Below, piece after piece: positions 44,951 through 54,503 of a stretch of DNA of 64,000 nt. The translations under genes and the position numbers were made by a program. The notes beneath the pieces are model-generated. The model saw nothing but the letters and a program-made list of their open reading frames with translations, did no database searches and was not told the origin of the DNA. This DNA comes from Maricaulis sp. (lineage in GTDB: Bacteria; Pseudomonadota; Alphaproteobacteria; Caulobacterales; Maricaulaceae), in contig NZ_JBLXIK010000009.1 in NCBI RefSeq assembly GCF_048269565.1, positions 12,487 through 76,486 on the forward strand. The letters are read 5' to 3'. Positions within the stretch are counted from its first letter, which is position 1. Each line of letters begins with the position of its first letter.

Positions 44951-45060
44951 CATCCCGCCTCGACGCTGTGTATTGCCCTTGTCAAAAGGGGCGCCCAGTT
45001 TTCGGTTGTCGATGAGTTTTCAGTGACATCCCAGAAACTTAGCCCGGGTGAAGTGTTCCA

Positions 45061-45744
45061 GTGACTATCATTGCCATGATCCCGGCCCGGATGGGCAGCC
45101 AGCGGCTCAAGAAGAAGAACCTTGCGCCGCTGGCCGGCATCCCGCTGATCCGCCGTGCGGTCCGGCGCTGCCAGGCGGCCGGTTGTTTCGACCGGATCGT
45201 CGTCAATTCCGAAAATGTGGAATTTCGTGAGCATGCGCTTGCGGAAGGCGCCGAATTTCACCAGCGCCCGGACTGGCTCGGCGGCCATGACGCTACCAGC
45301 GAGGACTTCGTTGGCGAATTCATGCGCGCCCATTCCTGCGATCGTGTCTACCAGGTTCATTCGATCGCACCGCTCGCATCGGCCGATCATATCCGCCGCT
45401 TCGTCGAATATGGCGAGAGTGGCGAGCTGGACACGGTCCTCAGCTGCGTCGAGGAACAGATCGAGTGTGCCATGGGTGGCGAGCCGGTCAATTTCACCTT
45501 CGACTCCAAGACCAATTCCCAGGAATTGCCGCCACTGCAGCGCATCACCTGGAGCCTGACCAGCTGGACCCCGTCGGTTTTCCTCGAAGCGCAGGACGCC
45601 GGGCGCTGCGCCACCTATGCCGGCCGCGTCGGGATAATGCCCTTGGATCGCTGGTCCGGGCATGTCATCAAGACACAACAAGACTTGGATATCGCGGAAG
45701 CCCTGCTGAGCCATCTCGGAGACGGCCCGCAATTCGGTGGCTGA
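45061..45744 (+). CDS. Acylneuraminate/KDO-type cytidylyltransferase family protein (CTP_transf_3; NeuA/KdsB-like)
   Basis: 227 aa. IIAMIPARMGSQRLKKKNLAPLAGIPLIRRAV is the N-terminal CTP-binding signature of CMP-ulosonate synthetases. GTG start. Confidence 0.8.
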   Translation: MTIIAMIPARMGSQRLKKKNLAPLAGIPLIRRAVRRCQAAGCFDRIVVNSENVEFREHALAEGAEFHQRPDWLGGHDATSEDFVGEFMRAHSCDRVYQVHSIAPLASADHIRRFVEYGESGELDTVLSCVEEQIECAMGGEPVNFTFDSKTNSQELPPLQRITWSLTSWTPSVFLEAQDAGRCATYAGRVGIMPLDRWSGHVIKTQQDLDIAEALLSHLGDGPQFGG

Positions 45745-45787
45745 ACGGGCGATCGCCCGTCGCGTCACATTCCAGAAGGACAGGATA

Positions 45788-46822
45788 ATGGTGTTGAAGA
45801 TCGGGGTCGTCGGATTCGGCAAGATGGGGCGAATCCGCAAGGCGACGCTTGATGCGCGCAGTGATGCGCGCGTTGTGGCGCTGGCCGATCCCTATGCCGA
45901 TATGTCGGACCAGCCGGGCATGATCCGGCATACCGACTGGGAAAAACTCCTGGAAGAAGACATTGATGCGGTTGTCATCAGCTGCACCAATGAGCTGATC
46001 CCGACCGTGGCCGTCGCCGCCCTGGCCAAGGGGCTCCACGTCTTCTGCGAGAAGCCGCCGGGGCGCAACCCGCAGGATGTCTACCGCATTCGCGAAGCCG
46101 CACAGCAGCATCCGGAACTGATGGTGAAGTTCGGTTTCAACCATCGCTATCATGAATCCGTCGAACAGGCGCGGCGGCTGGTGTCGTCGCAGAGCCTTGG
46201 CAAAATCCTGTGGATGCGCGGTGTCTACGGCAAGGCCGGCGGCCCGGAATTTGACAAGAACTGGCGCAATGTGCCGAGCCGCTCCGGTGGCGGCATCCTG
46301 CTCGACCAGGGCATTCACATGATCGACCTGTTCCATGATTTCTGTGGGACCTTCAGCGAAGTGAAGAGCTTCGTCACCAGCCAGTACTGGAACATTCCGG
46401 TCGAGGACAATGCCTTCGCCCTGCTGCGCAATGACCAGGGCCAGGTCGGCGTTATCCACTCTTCGGCGACGCAATGGCGCCACACCTTCCGGCTCGAGAT
46501 CTTCCTCGAAAAGGGCTTTTTGACGCTTGAGGGAATCCTGTCCTCGACCATGAGCTACGGCAAGGAAACCCTGATCGTCGCGCGCAACACCATGGACGAG
46601 AACGGCTATCCACTGCCCAATCCCGAAGAGGTGATCAGCTTTTTCGCCGATGACCGCTCTTGGGAAAAGGAAATGACCGAATTCGTCACCTGCGCCCTGG
46701 CCGGCGAACCGGTGCGGATCGGCACGGTGCAGCAGGCGGTCGATGCCATGGAAACGGTGTTTGCCATCTACGGCGCTGACAATAGCTGGACCCAGTCTGA
46801 CGAAAGCGAGCAATCGGCATGA
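45788..46822 (+). CDS. Gfo/Idh/MocA family NAD(P)-dependent oxidoreductase
   Basis: ATG at 45788 after AAGGACAGGA. LKIGVVGFGKMGR Rossmann start and the FCEKPP motif typical of the family. Confidence 0.8.
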   Translation: MVLKIGVVGFGKMGRIRKATLDARSDARVVALADPYADMSDQPGMIRHTDWEKLLEEDIDAVVISCTNELIPTVAVAALAKGLHVFCEKPPGRNPQDVYRIREAAQQHPELMVKFGFNHRYHESVEQARRLVSSQSLGKILWMRGVYGKAGGPEFDKNWRNVPSRSGGGILLDQGIHMIDLFHDFCGTFSEVKSFVTSQYWNIPVEDNAFALLRNDQGQVGVIHSSATQWRHTFRLEIFLEKGFLTLEGILSSTMSYGKETLIVARNTMDENGYPLPNPEEVISFFADDRSWEKEMTEFVTCALAGEPVRIGTVQQAVDAMETVFAIYGADNSWTQSDESEQSA

Positions 46823-47823
46823 AAACCTCGGTCCTGATTGATGAAATGCGCCTCGCCGAAGTGCGTCCCGACCAGGTCTCGAAACGCTACGAGGAATTGC
46901 GCCGGGCCGAAGCGGCGCATTTGCTGCAGAACCCGTCGACACGCTGGGTCGGCCGCGCCAATCCGACCCGGAGCTGCAAGCCGGAACCGGCTTTCATGTC
47001 CGACGGTCTGAGCTTCCATCATTGCCCCGACAGCGGTTCGCTGTTCGCCTCGCCGGTACCGGTGCAGGACGAGCTCGACCGGCTGGCCCGCGATGGTGAG
47101 GCCGCGCGCTGGCGCCGTGATTATTTCGGTCATCGCTTCTCGGAAAAACAGCGCCAGTCGATCCATGCGCCGATCGTGCGCTGGGCCCAGGAAGTCATTG
47201 ATGAATACGGTCTCGAGGCGCCGCGTACCGCTCTGGTCGGCAATGACGAGACGGGACTGGCCAGCTCGCTCAGCGCCATGGGCCGGCTCGGCGAGATGGT
47301 GCTGACCGAGCGCGTCTCCGGTCAGCCTGCGCCGGAGGGCACGGTTGAAAGGCCGGTTGCCGAACTCGGCGCCGCGTCCTTCGATCTCGTCTTTGACATG
47401 GGCTCGCTGGAACGGGTGTCCGACCCGGAACGCCGTTTCGCCCTCTGGTCGGAACTGGTCACGCCCGGCGGCTTCCTCGCCTTCACCACCAGCATGGCCA
47501 GCGGGCTGGAATATCGTGTGCTCGGCCCGAAAGCGGCCAGCTTTATCGCGCTCGACCGGCTGACGCTGTATTCGGTGCCGGCGCTGATGGAACAGCTCGC
47601 GGCGCACGGCTTTGAAGTCGTTGAATTCTCAACGCCGGGCCGGCTCGATGTCGAAGTCCTGACCCAGGCCTTCGCCGACGGGGCTCCAGCCGACAATCCG
47701 CTCGATTTCTGGACCCACGCGCTCAAGCATGGCGGCGAGGACTTCAAGACCGACCTGCAGCGCCTGCTGCAGCGTCACCGTTTCTCATCCTTCGCGCGTG
47801 TGCTCGCGCGCCGGGTTACCTGA
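46819..47823 (+). CDS. Class I SAM-dependent methyltransferase-like protein
   Basis: 334 aa. The C-terminal half has FDLVFDMGSLERVSDPERRFALWSELVTPGGFLAFTT (Methyltransf_11/23-like post-I/II motifs). The N-terminal half was not recognised. A 4-nt overlap links it to the upstream gene. Confidence 0.55.
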   Translation: MKTSVLIDEMRLAEVRPDQVSKRYEELRRAEAAHLLQNPSTRWVGRANPTRSCKPEPAFMSDGLSFHHCPDSGSLFASPVPVQDELDRLARDGEAARWRRDYFGHRFSEKQRQSIHAPIVRWAQEVIDEYGLEAPRTALVGNDETGLASSLSAMGRLGEMVLTERVSGQPAPEGTVERPVAELGAASFDLVFDMGSLERVSDPERRFALWSELVTPGGFLAFTTSMASGLEYRVLGPKAASFIALDRLTLYSVPALMEQLAAHGFEVVEFSTPGRLDVEVLTQAFADGAPADNPLDFWTHALKHGGEDFKTDLQRLLQRHRFSSFARVLARRVT

Positions 47824-47855
47824 TCCATCATTCTATCTGAAGGCAGTAGCATCTC

Positions 47856-48770
47856 ATGACAAAAGGCAAGATCCTCATCGGCCCCTCGAGCTATGGCGAG
47901 GCGAGCCCGGCGCCCGTGGAACTGCTGCGTTCGGCGGGATATGAAGTGATCGATAATCCGTTCAAGCGCCGTCTGACCCGCGAGGAATTGCTCGAGCTCC
48001 TGCCCGGCATCACCGGCCTGATCGCCGGCCTCGAGCCGCTCGACCGGCCGGTGCTGGAAAAGTCCGATCTCAAGGCCCTGGCCCGCGTCGGTTCGGGCAT
48101 GTCCAATGTCGACATGCCGGCGGCGGAAAGCCTGGGCATCCACGTTTCGAACACGCCGAACGGTCCGGTTCTCGCTGTTGCCGAACTGACGGTCGGCTGT
48201 CTGATGAACCTCTTGCGCCAGACCTCGGCCATGGACCGCGCCATGCGCGCCGGCGGCTGGGACAAGCGCATGGGCCGCCAGTTGCGCGACCTGACCATCG
48301 CCATCGTCGGCTATGGCCGTATCGGCCGCCAGACCGGCGATCTGTTCACCGCGCTCGGTGCCAGGATTCAGATTGTCGACCCCTTCGTCGACCCGTCGAC
48401 CGTGTCGGCGCCGGTGGTCACGCTCGAACAGGCGCTGGCCGAAGCCGATGCCATCTCCCTGCATGCCAGCGGCGAGACCTGCATCATCGATGCGGCGGCC
48501 TTTGCGGCGATGAAGCCGGGCATGTACCTGCTCAATGTCGCCCGCGGCGAGCTGCTTGATTATGACGCGCTGTTTGCGGCACTCGATGATGGCCGCGTCG
48601 CCGGTATCTGGGCCGACGCCCACCCGCAGGAGCCCTATAAGGGCGATCTGCTCAAATACGACCAGGCCCTGCTGACGCCGCATGTCGGCTCCTACTCGCT
48701 GGAGGGGCGCATCAAGATGGAAATGGATGCGGCCGAGAACCTGCTCGCCGATCTCGGCAAGGCCTCCTGA
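47856..48770 (+). CDS. D-isomer-specific 2-hydroxyacid dehydrogenase (phosphoglycerate-dehydrogenase-like)
   Basis: IAIVGYGRIGRQTGDLFTALGARI NAD motif, followed by LLNVARGELLD and the PHVGS catalytic His region. Confidence 0.8.
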   Translation: MTKGKILIGPSSYGEASPAPVELLRSAGYEVIDNPFKRRLTREELLELLPGITGLIAGLEPLDRPVLEKSDLKALARVGSGMSNVDMPAAESLGIHVSNTPNGPVLAVAELTVGCLMNLLRQTSAMDRAMRAGGWDKRMGRQLRDLTIAIVGYGRIGRQTGDLFTALGARIQIVDPFVDPSTVSAPVVTLEQALAEADAISLHASGETCIIDAAAFAAMKPGMYLLNVARGELLDYDALFAALDDGRVAGIWADAHPQEPYKGDLLKYDQALLTPHVGSYSLEGRIKMEMDAAENLLADLGKAS

Positions 48771-49525
48771 TGGCGGATCTCGCCGAACTGCGCGCCGTGC
48801 TGGTGGCGGCCGAGGATGCGGCCCGCGCCGCTGGCCAGGCCCTGCGCGATGGCGGCGGCGATTTCGAGGGCGTCGAGCGCTCGGAAGGCCGGGACATCAA
48901 GCTCAATGCCGACCGCGCGGCCGAACGCATCATCATCGACCGGCTCACCGCTCTGGTGCCGGCGCCGATCCTGTCCGAGGAAACCGGCTGGACCGCGGCG
49001 GCGGGCGACAAGGTCTGGGTCGTCGATCCGCTGGACGGTTCGGCCAATTACAATCGCGATATTGCCCTGTGCAGTGTCTCGATCGCCTGGGTCGAGAACG
49101 GGCGTCCGGTCGCCGGTGTCATCTATGAATTCCTCAGCGAGCGCCTCTATAGCGGCGCCGTCGGGCTGGGGGCCTGGTTGAATGGCAAGCCGATGAGTGT
49201 CGCCGATCACACGCGGACCGAGGACTCGATCCTGTTTACCGGCCTGGCGATCAACCGGGATTTCAGCGCGCAGGCGCTGGGGGATTTCGCAGCCGGTTTC
49301 GCGCGCTGGAAGAAGGTGCGGATGATCGGTTCGGCGGCAACATCGCTGGCCTATGTCGCGCGCGGTGCCGCCGATGCCTATTTCGAGGACTCGATCATGT
49401 TCTGGGACGTCGCAGCCGGCTGTGCCCTGGTCGAGGCCGCTGGTGGCCGCTTCTCCATCGCCGGAGACTCAATGGACATGCCCGTTTGTGTGCATGCGGA
49501 CAATGGCAAGCTCTGGACGCTCTGA
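48770..49525 (+). CDS. Inositol-monophosphatase-fold sugar/acid phosphatase
   Basis: SEETG...WVVDPLDGSANY...WDVAAG are IMPase motifs. TGATG overlap with the upstream dehydrogenase gene. Confidence 0.8.
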   Translation: MADLAELRAVLVAAEDAARAAGQALRDGGGDFEGVERSEGRDIKLNADRAAERIIIDRLTALVPAPILSEETGWTAAAGDKVWVVDPLDGSANYNRDIALCSVSIAWVENGRPVAGVIYEFLSERLYSGAVGLGAWLNGKPMSVADHTRTEDSILFTGLAINRDFSAQALGDFAAGFARWKKVRMIGSAATSLAYVARGAADAYFEDSIMFWDVAAGCALVEAAGGRFSIAGDSMDMPVCVHADNGKLWTL

Positions 49526-50297
49526 CCCGGCCGCCATCGCGCAGGCGCTGGGCGCGGCGCGGGCCGCAGGCCAGGCGTTTGACCCGCTGACACGTTTCGG
49601 ACCGCTCAGCCTGGAAGCCGGTTATGCGATCGCGGCCCTTCGCTGTGATCCTGCTCAGGCGGCGGCCTACAAGCTCGGCGGCACGACCGGGGCGACGCGC
49701 ACGGCGTTCGCGGTTTCGCGGGCCTATGCCGGGGCGCTGTGCGCCGATCAATTGATCAAGGACGGCCAGGACCTGCCGACGGGCCTGATCAATCCGGTGG
49801 TGGAGCCGGAAATTCTGCTCGCCTTTGACCGCCCCTTCGCGCCGCAGCGCGCCGCCCGCAGCGTCCAGGCGCTGCGCGACGAACTGGCCTGGGTCGGGAT
49901 CGCGCTGGAAGTGCCCGCCACCCCCGTCAGCGGCCTGCCGCAAACCGGGGTCGGCTGGCTGCTCGCCGATTGCTGTGCCGCCGGCGCCCTGGTGGTCGGC
50001 GAACAGCTGTCGCCAGCGCATCTCGACACCCTGTCGCAGGCGCGGGTCACACTGCAGGTCGGCACGCGGACATCACAGGGCGAGGCCTCGCGGCTGCTTG
50101 ATGGCGCGCTTGGCGCGATGTCCGACATCCTGGCGGTGTTCGGGCAATTGGGCTGGGCCGTGCCGGCGGGCATTCCTTTTGCAACCGGCGGGCTGGCCCC
50201 GGCGCTGCCGATTGGCGCGGGCGAGACGGTGCAGGCCGGCTTTGCCGGTCCGGGGATTGAGTTGTCGATATCGACCCGCCTGTGCGAAGAAGGCTGA
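49503..50297 (+). CDS. Possible FAH-fold 2-keto-4-enoate hydratase/decarboxylase-like protein (MhpD/HpcG-like)
   Basis: About 264 aa from the ATG at 49503, overlapping the upstream gene by 23 nt. AGYAIAA...AYKLGGTTGATR...PVVEPEILLAF...ATGGL loosely follows the hydratase family pattern as I remember it. This is the weakest call in the block. Confidence 0.4.
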   Translation: MASSGRSDPAAIAQALGAARAAGQAFDPLTRFGPLSLEAGYAIAALRCDPAQAAAYKLGGTTGATRTAFAVSRAYAGALCADQLIKDGQDLPTGLINPVVEPEILLAFDRPFAPQRAARSVQALRDELAWVGIALEVPATPVSGLPQTGVGWLLADCCAAGALVVGEQLSPAHLDTLSQARVTLQVGTRTSQGEASRLLDGALGAMSDILAVFGQLGWAVPAGIPFATGGLAPALPIGAGETVQAGFAGPGIELSISTRLCEEG

Positions 50298-50332
50298 ACG
50301 AGCGGGTCTGAACTGGTCAGGAGACACGGTGC

Positions 50333-52153
50333 ATGTGCGGAATTGTTGGCGTAACCGGTAACCCCGATGCCCGGGACATCCTGATGGAAGGCCTCCATCG
50401 GCTCGAGTACCGGGGCTATGACTCCGCCGGTGTGGCAATGATGGACGCGGCGGGCACGGTGCGGCGCGCCCGCGCGGCCGGCAAGGTGTCCAACCTCGCC
50501 TCCGAGCTGACCGGCGAGATCGTCGGCTGCACCGGCATCGCCCACACCCGCTGGGCCACTCATGGCGCCGCCACCCGCGACAATGCCCATCCGCACACCG
50601 CCGGCCGGGTGACGCTGGTACACAATGGCATCATCGAAAACTACAAGACGCTGCGCGCGGATCTCGCAGCCCGCGGCCGGGTGTTCGCGAGCGAGACGGA
50701 TACCGAGGTGCTCGCCCACCTGCTCGACGCGGCCCTGGCCGATGGCGCCGACCCGCGCACCGCCCTGCTGTCCACCGTCGCCAAGCTGGAGGGCGCCTTT
50801 GCCTTCGCAGCCATCATTGATGGCGAGCCCGACCTGCTGCTCGGGGCCTGCCGCGGCGCGCCGCTGATTGCGGCCATCGGTCCGTCCAGCGGCTTTCTCG
50901 CCTCCGACATCATGGCGATTACCGGCGCTGCACACTCCGTGGTCTATCTCAATGTCGGCGATGCCGTCATCGTGCGCCCGGACCAGGTCGAGGTCTTCGA
51001 TGTTTCGGGACAGCCGGTCAAACGGCCGGCGACCGTGGCGCCGACCTCGCTGGTGCTCGCCGAGAAGGGCAATTATCGCCACTTCATGCAGAAGGAAATC
51101 TACGAACAGCCGGAAGTCGTCGGCCATACGCTCAGCGCGTATCTGGACCCGGTCGCCGGTCAGGTTCGTCCCCGGGACGGGATTGATTTCGCGGCCGCCT
51201 CGCGCCTGCTGATCGTCGGTTGCGGCACCGCCTCCTATGCCGGCCAGATCGCCGAATACTGGTTTGAGGGCCTGGCGGGAATGCCGGTCGAGGTCGATAT
51301 CGCCTCGGAATTCCGCTACCGCAAACCGGCCTTCATGCCCAATGACATGGCGCTCTTCATCTCCCAGTCCGGCGAGACCGCCGACACGCTTGAAGCGATG
51401 CGGATGTGCAAGGCCGCCGGGCTGACGACCGTCGTGCTGGTCAATTCGCCGCTGTCGACCATGGCGCGTGAGGCTGATATCGTTGCGCCGACCATGGCCG
51501 GACCCGAGATCGGCGTCGCCTCGACCAAGGCCTTCACCTGTCAGCTCGCCTCGCTCGCGGCGCTCGCTGTGCTCGCCGGCGTCCAGCGCGGCCGTATCGA
51601 TGCCGCCGACCAGGCCAGCCATGTCAGCCGGCTGATGGGCGTGCCGGGTCTGATGGCGCTAGCGCTGCGGATCGAGGACCAGATCAATCACCTCGCTGGC
51701 GAGCTGTCACAGGCGTCGATCGTGCTTTATCTCGGCCGCAATGAATTTTTCCCGATGGCGCTGGAAGGTGCCCTGAAACTCAAGGAAATCAGCTATATCC
51801 ACGCCGAGGGCTATGCCGCCGGCGAGCTCAAGCACGGCCCCATCGCGCTGATCGAGGACGACGTCGCGGTGGTCGTGATCGCACCCTATGACGAGCTTTT
51901 CATCAAGACCCGCTCCTCGATCCAGGAAGTGCGCGCCCGCGGTGCCCGCGTCATCGCCATCACCGACCCGCGCGGTGCCGCCGAACTCGAGGGCGAGGCG
52001 AGCGCCATCATCACCCTGCCGCAAGCCGAAGGCCTGGCGGCCCCGCTGGTTGCGGCGGTGGCGGTGCAATTGCTGGCCTATTATGTCGCCGTCCACAAAG
52101 GCACCGATGTCGACCAGCCGCGCAATCTGGCGAAATCGGTGACGGTAGAATAG
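50333..52153 (+). CDS. glmS: Glutamine--fructose-6-phosphate aminotransferase
   Basis: MCGIVGV... with the N-terminal Cys nucleophile, two SIS domains and the C-terminal ...NLAKSVTVE typical of GlmS. Confidence 0.95.
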   Translation: MCGIVGVTGNPDARDILMEGLHRLEYRGYDSAGVAMMDAAGTVRRARAAGKVSNLASELTGEIVGCTGIAHTRWATHGAATRDNAHPHTAGRVTLVHNGIIENYKTLRADLAARGRVFASETDTEVLAHLLDAALADGADPRTALLSTVAKLEGAFAFAAIIDGEPDLLLGACRGAPLIAAIGPSSGFLASDIMAITGAAHSVVYLNVGDAVIVRPDQVEVFDVSGQPVKRPATVAPTSLVLAEKGNYRHFMQKEIYEQPEVVGHTLSAYLDPVAGQVRPRDGIDFAAASRLLIVGCGTASYAGQIAEYWFEGLAGMPVEVDIASEFRYRKPAFMPNDMALFISQSGETADTLEAMRMCKAAGLTTVVLVNSPLSTMAREADIVAPTMAGPEIGVASTKAFTCQLASLAALAVLAGVQRGRIDAADQASHVSRLMGVPGLMALALRIEDQINHLAGELSQASIVLYLGRNEFFPMALEGALKLKEISYIHAEGYAAGELKHGPIALIEDDVAVVVIAPYDELFIKTRSSIQEVRARGARVIAITDPRGAAELEGEASAIITLPQAEGLAAPLVAAVAVQLLAYYVAVHKGTDVDQPRNLAKSVTVE

Positions 52154-52261
52154 CGAAACCTTTCGTGACTTTATCGCTGTGATGGCCGGGTCTATAGGGC
52201 GTTCTGTTTCAATGGCGTGGCGCGTTCGCGGCCCGCATATCTTGCAAGACCGGGAAGCCCC

Positions 52262-53398
52262 ATGACCGACATGATCCCCTTCATCGACCTCCAGGCCCAG
52301 CGTGGGCGCATTGGCGCGAAAATCGACGCCGCCGTCGCCAAGGTTCTCGGTGAGGGCCGCTATATTCTCGGGCCGGAAGTCACCCAGCTGGAAGCGGACC
52401 TGGCGGCGTTCAATGGCGAGGGGCGGGCCTTGTCCTGTGCCAATGGCACCGACGCGATCCTGATCCCGCTGATGGCCTGGGAAATCGGGCCGGGCGATGC
52501 CGTTTTCGTGCCCAGCTTCACCTTCGCCTCGACGGCCGAGGTCGTGGTGCTGGCCGGGGCCTCGCCGGTCTATGTCGACATTGATCCCGACACCTACAAT
52601 ATGTCCCCCGCCAGCCTGGCTGCCGCGATCGATGCGGTGAAGGCCAAGGGCGAGCTGACACCGCGCGCGGTCATCGCCGTCGATCTGTTCGGCCAGCCGG
52701 CCAATTATCCGGCGCTCAACGAGATCACCCGTGCCCACGGCATGAAGCTCATCGCCGATGGCGCCCAGGGCTTCGGCTGCACGCTGGACGGTCAGTCCTC
52801 GCTGCATTGGGCCGACGTGCTCACCATCAGCTTCTATCCGGCCAAGCCCCTCGGCTGCTACGGCGATGGTGGCGCGGTGATGTGCAAGGATGACGCCCTG
52901 TATGATCTGATGAAGTCGGTGCGCGTGCATGGTGAGGGCAAGGAGCGCTATGAGTATGCGCGCATTGGCCTCAACTCGCGTCTCGACACCATCCAGGCCG
53001 CCGTCCTGCTCGAAAAATTGCGCGTCTTCCGCGAGGAAATCGGCATGCGCCAGCGCGTCGCCGATCGCTATGCAGCGGGCTTCGGCAACCAGGTCAAATA
53101 CCCCCGCGTGCCGGACAATGCCCAGTCCACCTGGGCGCAATACACGATCGAAGTCGCCGATCGCGACGGTTTCCGCGCCCATCTGGCCGCCAAGGGTGTG
53201 CCGAGTGCGATCTATTATCCGATCCCGCTGCACCTGCATGAGCCCTATGCGCCTTACCCGCTCGCACCGGGCGGGCTGCCGGTCACCGAAGCGGCCGCCG
53301 GGCGCGTCGTCTCGCTGCCGATGCATCCGGACATGTCGGACGCGCATATCGACCAGGTGATCGAGGCGGTGCTGAGCTATCCGGCTGCGCACGCCTGA
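52262..53398 (+). CDS. DegT/DnrJ/EryC1/StrS-family PLP-dependent sugar aminotransferase
   Basis: ATG at 52262. IPFIDLQAQ...ILGPEV..LE...CANGTDA...SFYPAKPLGCYGDGG has the catalytic Lys context. The family is unmistakable. Confidence 0.9.
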   Translation: MTDMIPFIDLQAQRGRIGAKIDAAVAKVLGEGRYILGPEVTQLEADLAAFNGEGRALSCANGTDAILIPLMAWEIGPGDAVFVPSFTFASTAEVVVLAGASPVYVDIDPDTYNMSPASLAAAIDAVKAKGELTPRAVIAVDLFGQPANYPALNEITRAHGMKLIADGAQGFGCTLDGQSSLHWADVLTISFYPAKPLGCYGDGGAVMCKDDALYDLMKSVRVHGEGKERYEYARIGLNSRLDTIQAAVLLEKLRVFREEIGMRQRVADRYAAGFGNQVKYPRVPDNAQSTWAQYTIEVADRDGFRAHLAAKGVPSAIYYPIPLHLHEPYAPYPLAPGGLPVTEAAAGRVVSLPMHPDMSDAHIDQVIEAVLSYPAAHA

Positions 53399-53531
53399 GC
53401 CGCAAAGCTGAATTGATCGGGAATTGATGGCGCTTACGGGTGGTATTTGCGCGCTACCTGTCCTAAATCGCGCTGATGCGGTGCGCGCCCGGCTTTCTTC
53501 CTGCATTTGAAGCGTATCGGCCAGTGAGGAC

Positions 53532-54503
53532 ATGATGAGTACGATCCAGGAGAGCGTCCGCGCCTACGCGAAGCGATTTCAGAGCGCCCGTCACCGGGAA
53601 CGTCCGCTTTCGGCTCACCTCAAGGCCCTCGAATCCGAGAGCATGCACATCATGCGTGAGGTCGCGGCCGAGTTTGACCGTCCGGTGATGCTCTACTCAG
53701 TTGGCAAGGATTCGGCCGTCATGCTGCATCTGGCGATGAAGGCCTTCTACCCCTCCCTGCCGCCTTTCCCGCTGCAGCATGTCGACAGCACGTTCAAGTT
53801 CCGCGACATGATCGCGTTTCGCGATGCCATTGCCGCGGAACTCGGTCTGGAAATCCGCGTCGAGATCAATGAGGAGGGGGTCGAACGCGGCATCAATCCC
53901 TTCGACCATGGCTCCAATCTGCACACCCAGGTGATGAAGACCGAGGCGCTGCGCGCCGCCATGAACCGGCACAAATATGATGCGGCCTTCGGCGGTGCCC
54001 GCCGCGACGAGGAAAAATCGCGCGCCAAGGAACGGATTTTCTCCTTCCGTGACGGCAATCATGGCTGGGATCCGAAGAACCAGCGGCCCGAGCTCTGGCG
54101 CAATTACAATACCAAGATCAAGCAGGGGGAATCGATCCGCGTCTTCCCGCTGTCCAACTGGACCGAGCTCGATATCTGGCAGTACATCCTCGAGGAAGAA
54201 ATCCCGATCGTGCCGCTGTATTTCGCGGCGCACCGCCCGGTCGTCGAACGCGATGGCCAGCTGATCATGGTCGATGACGAGCGCCTGCCGCTCGCCGACG
54301 GCGAGACGCCGGAGCTGCGGCTTGTGCGTTTCCGCACCCTGGGCTGCTATCCCCTGACCGGTGCCGTTGAATCCGGTGCCACGACGCTTGAGGAAATCGT
54401 GATCGAAATGCTCACGGCGCGGACCTCCGAACGGTCCGGCCGCCTGATCGATCATGACGAGTCCGGGTCGATGGAGAAGAAGAAGCGGGAGGGCTATTTC
54501 TGA
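53532..54503 (+). CDS. cysD: Sulfate adenylyltransferase subunit 2
   Basis: [39 protein letters not shown] (PP-loop SxGKDS) and the C-terminal ...[10 protein letters not shown] typical of CysD. RBS GTGAGGA. Confidence 0.9.
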   Translation: MMSTIQESVRAYAKRFQSARHRERPLSAHLKALESESMHIMREVAAEFDRPVMLYSVGKDSAVMLHLAMKAFYPSLPPFPLQHVDSTFKFRDMIAFRDAIAAELGLEIRVEINEEGVERGINPFDHGSNLHTQVMKTEALRAAMNRHKYDAAFGGARRDEEKSRAKERIFSFRDGNHGWDPKNQRPELWRNYNTKIKQGESIRVFPLSNWTELDIWQYILEEEIPIVPLYFAAHRPVVERDGQLIMVDDERLPLADGETPELRLVRFRTLGCYPLTGAVESGATTLEEIVIEMLTARTSERSGRLIDHDESGSMEKKKREGYF

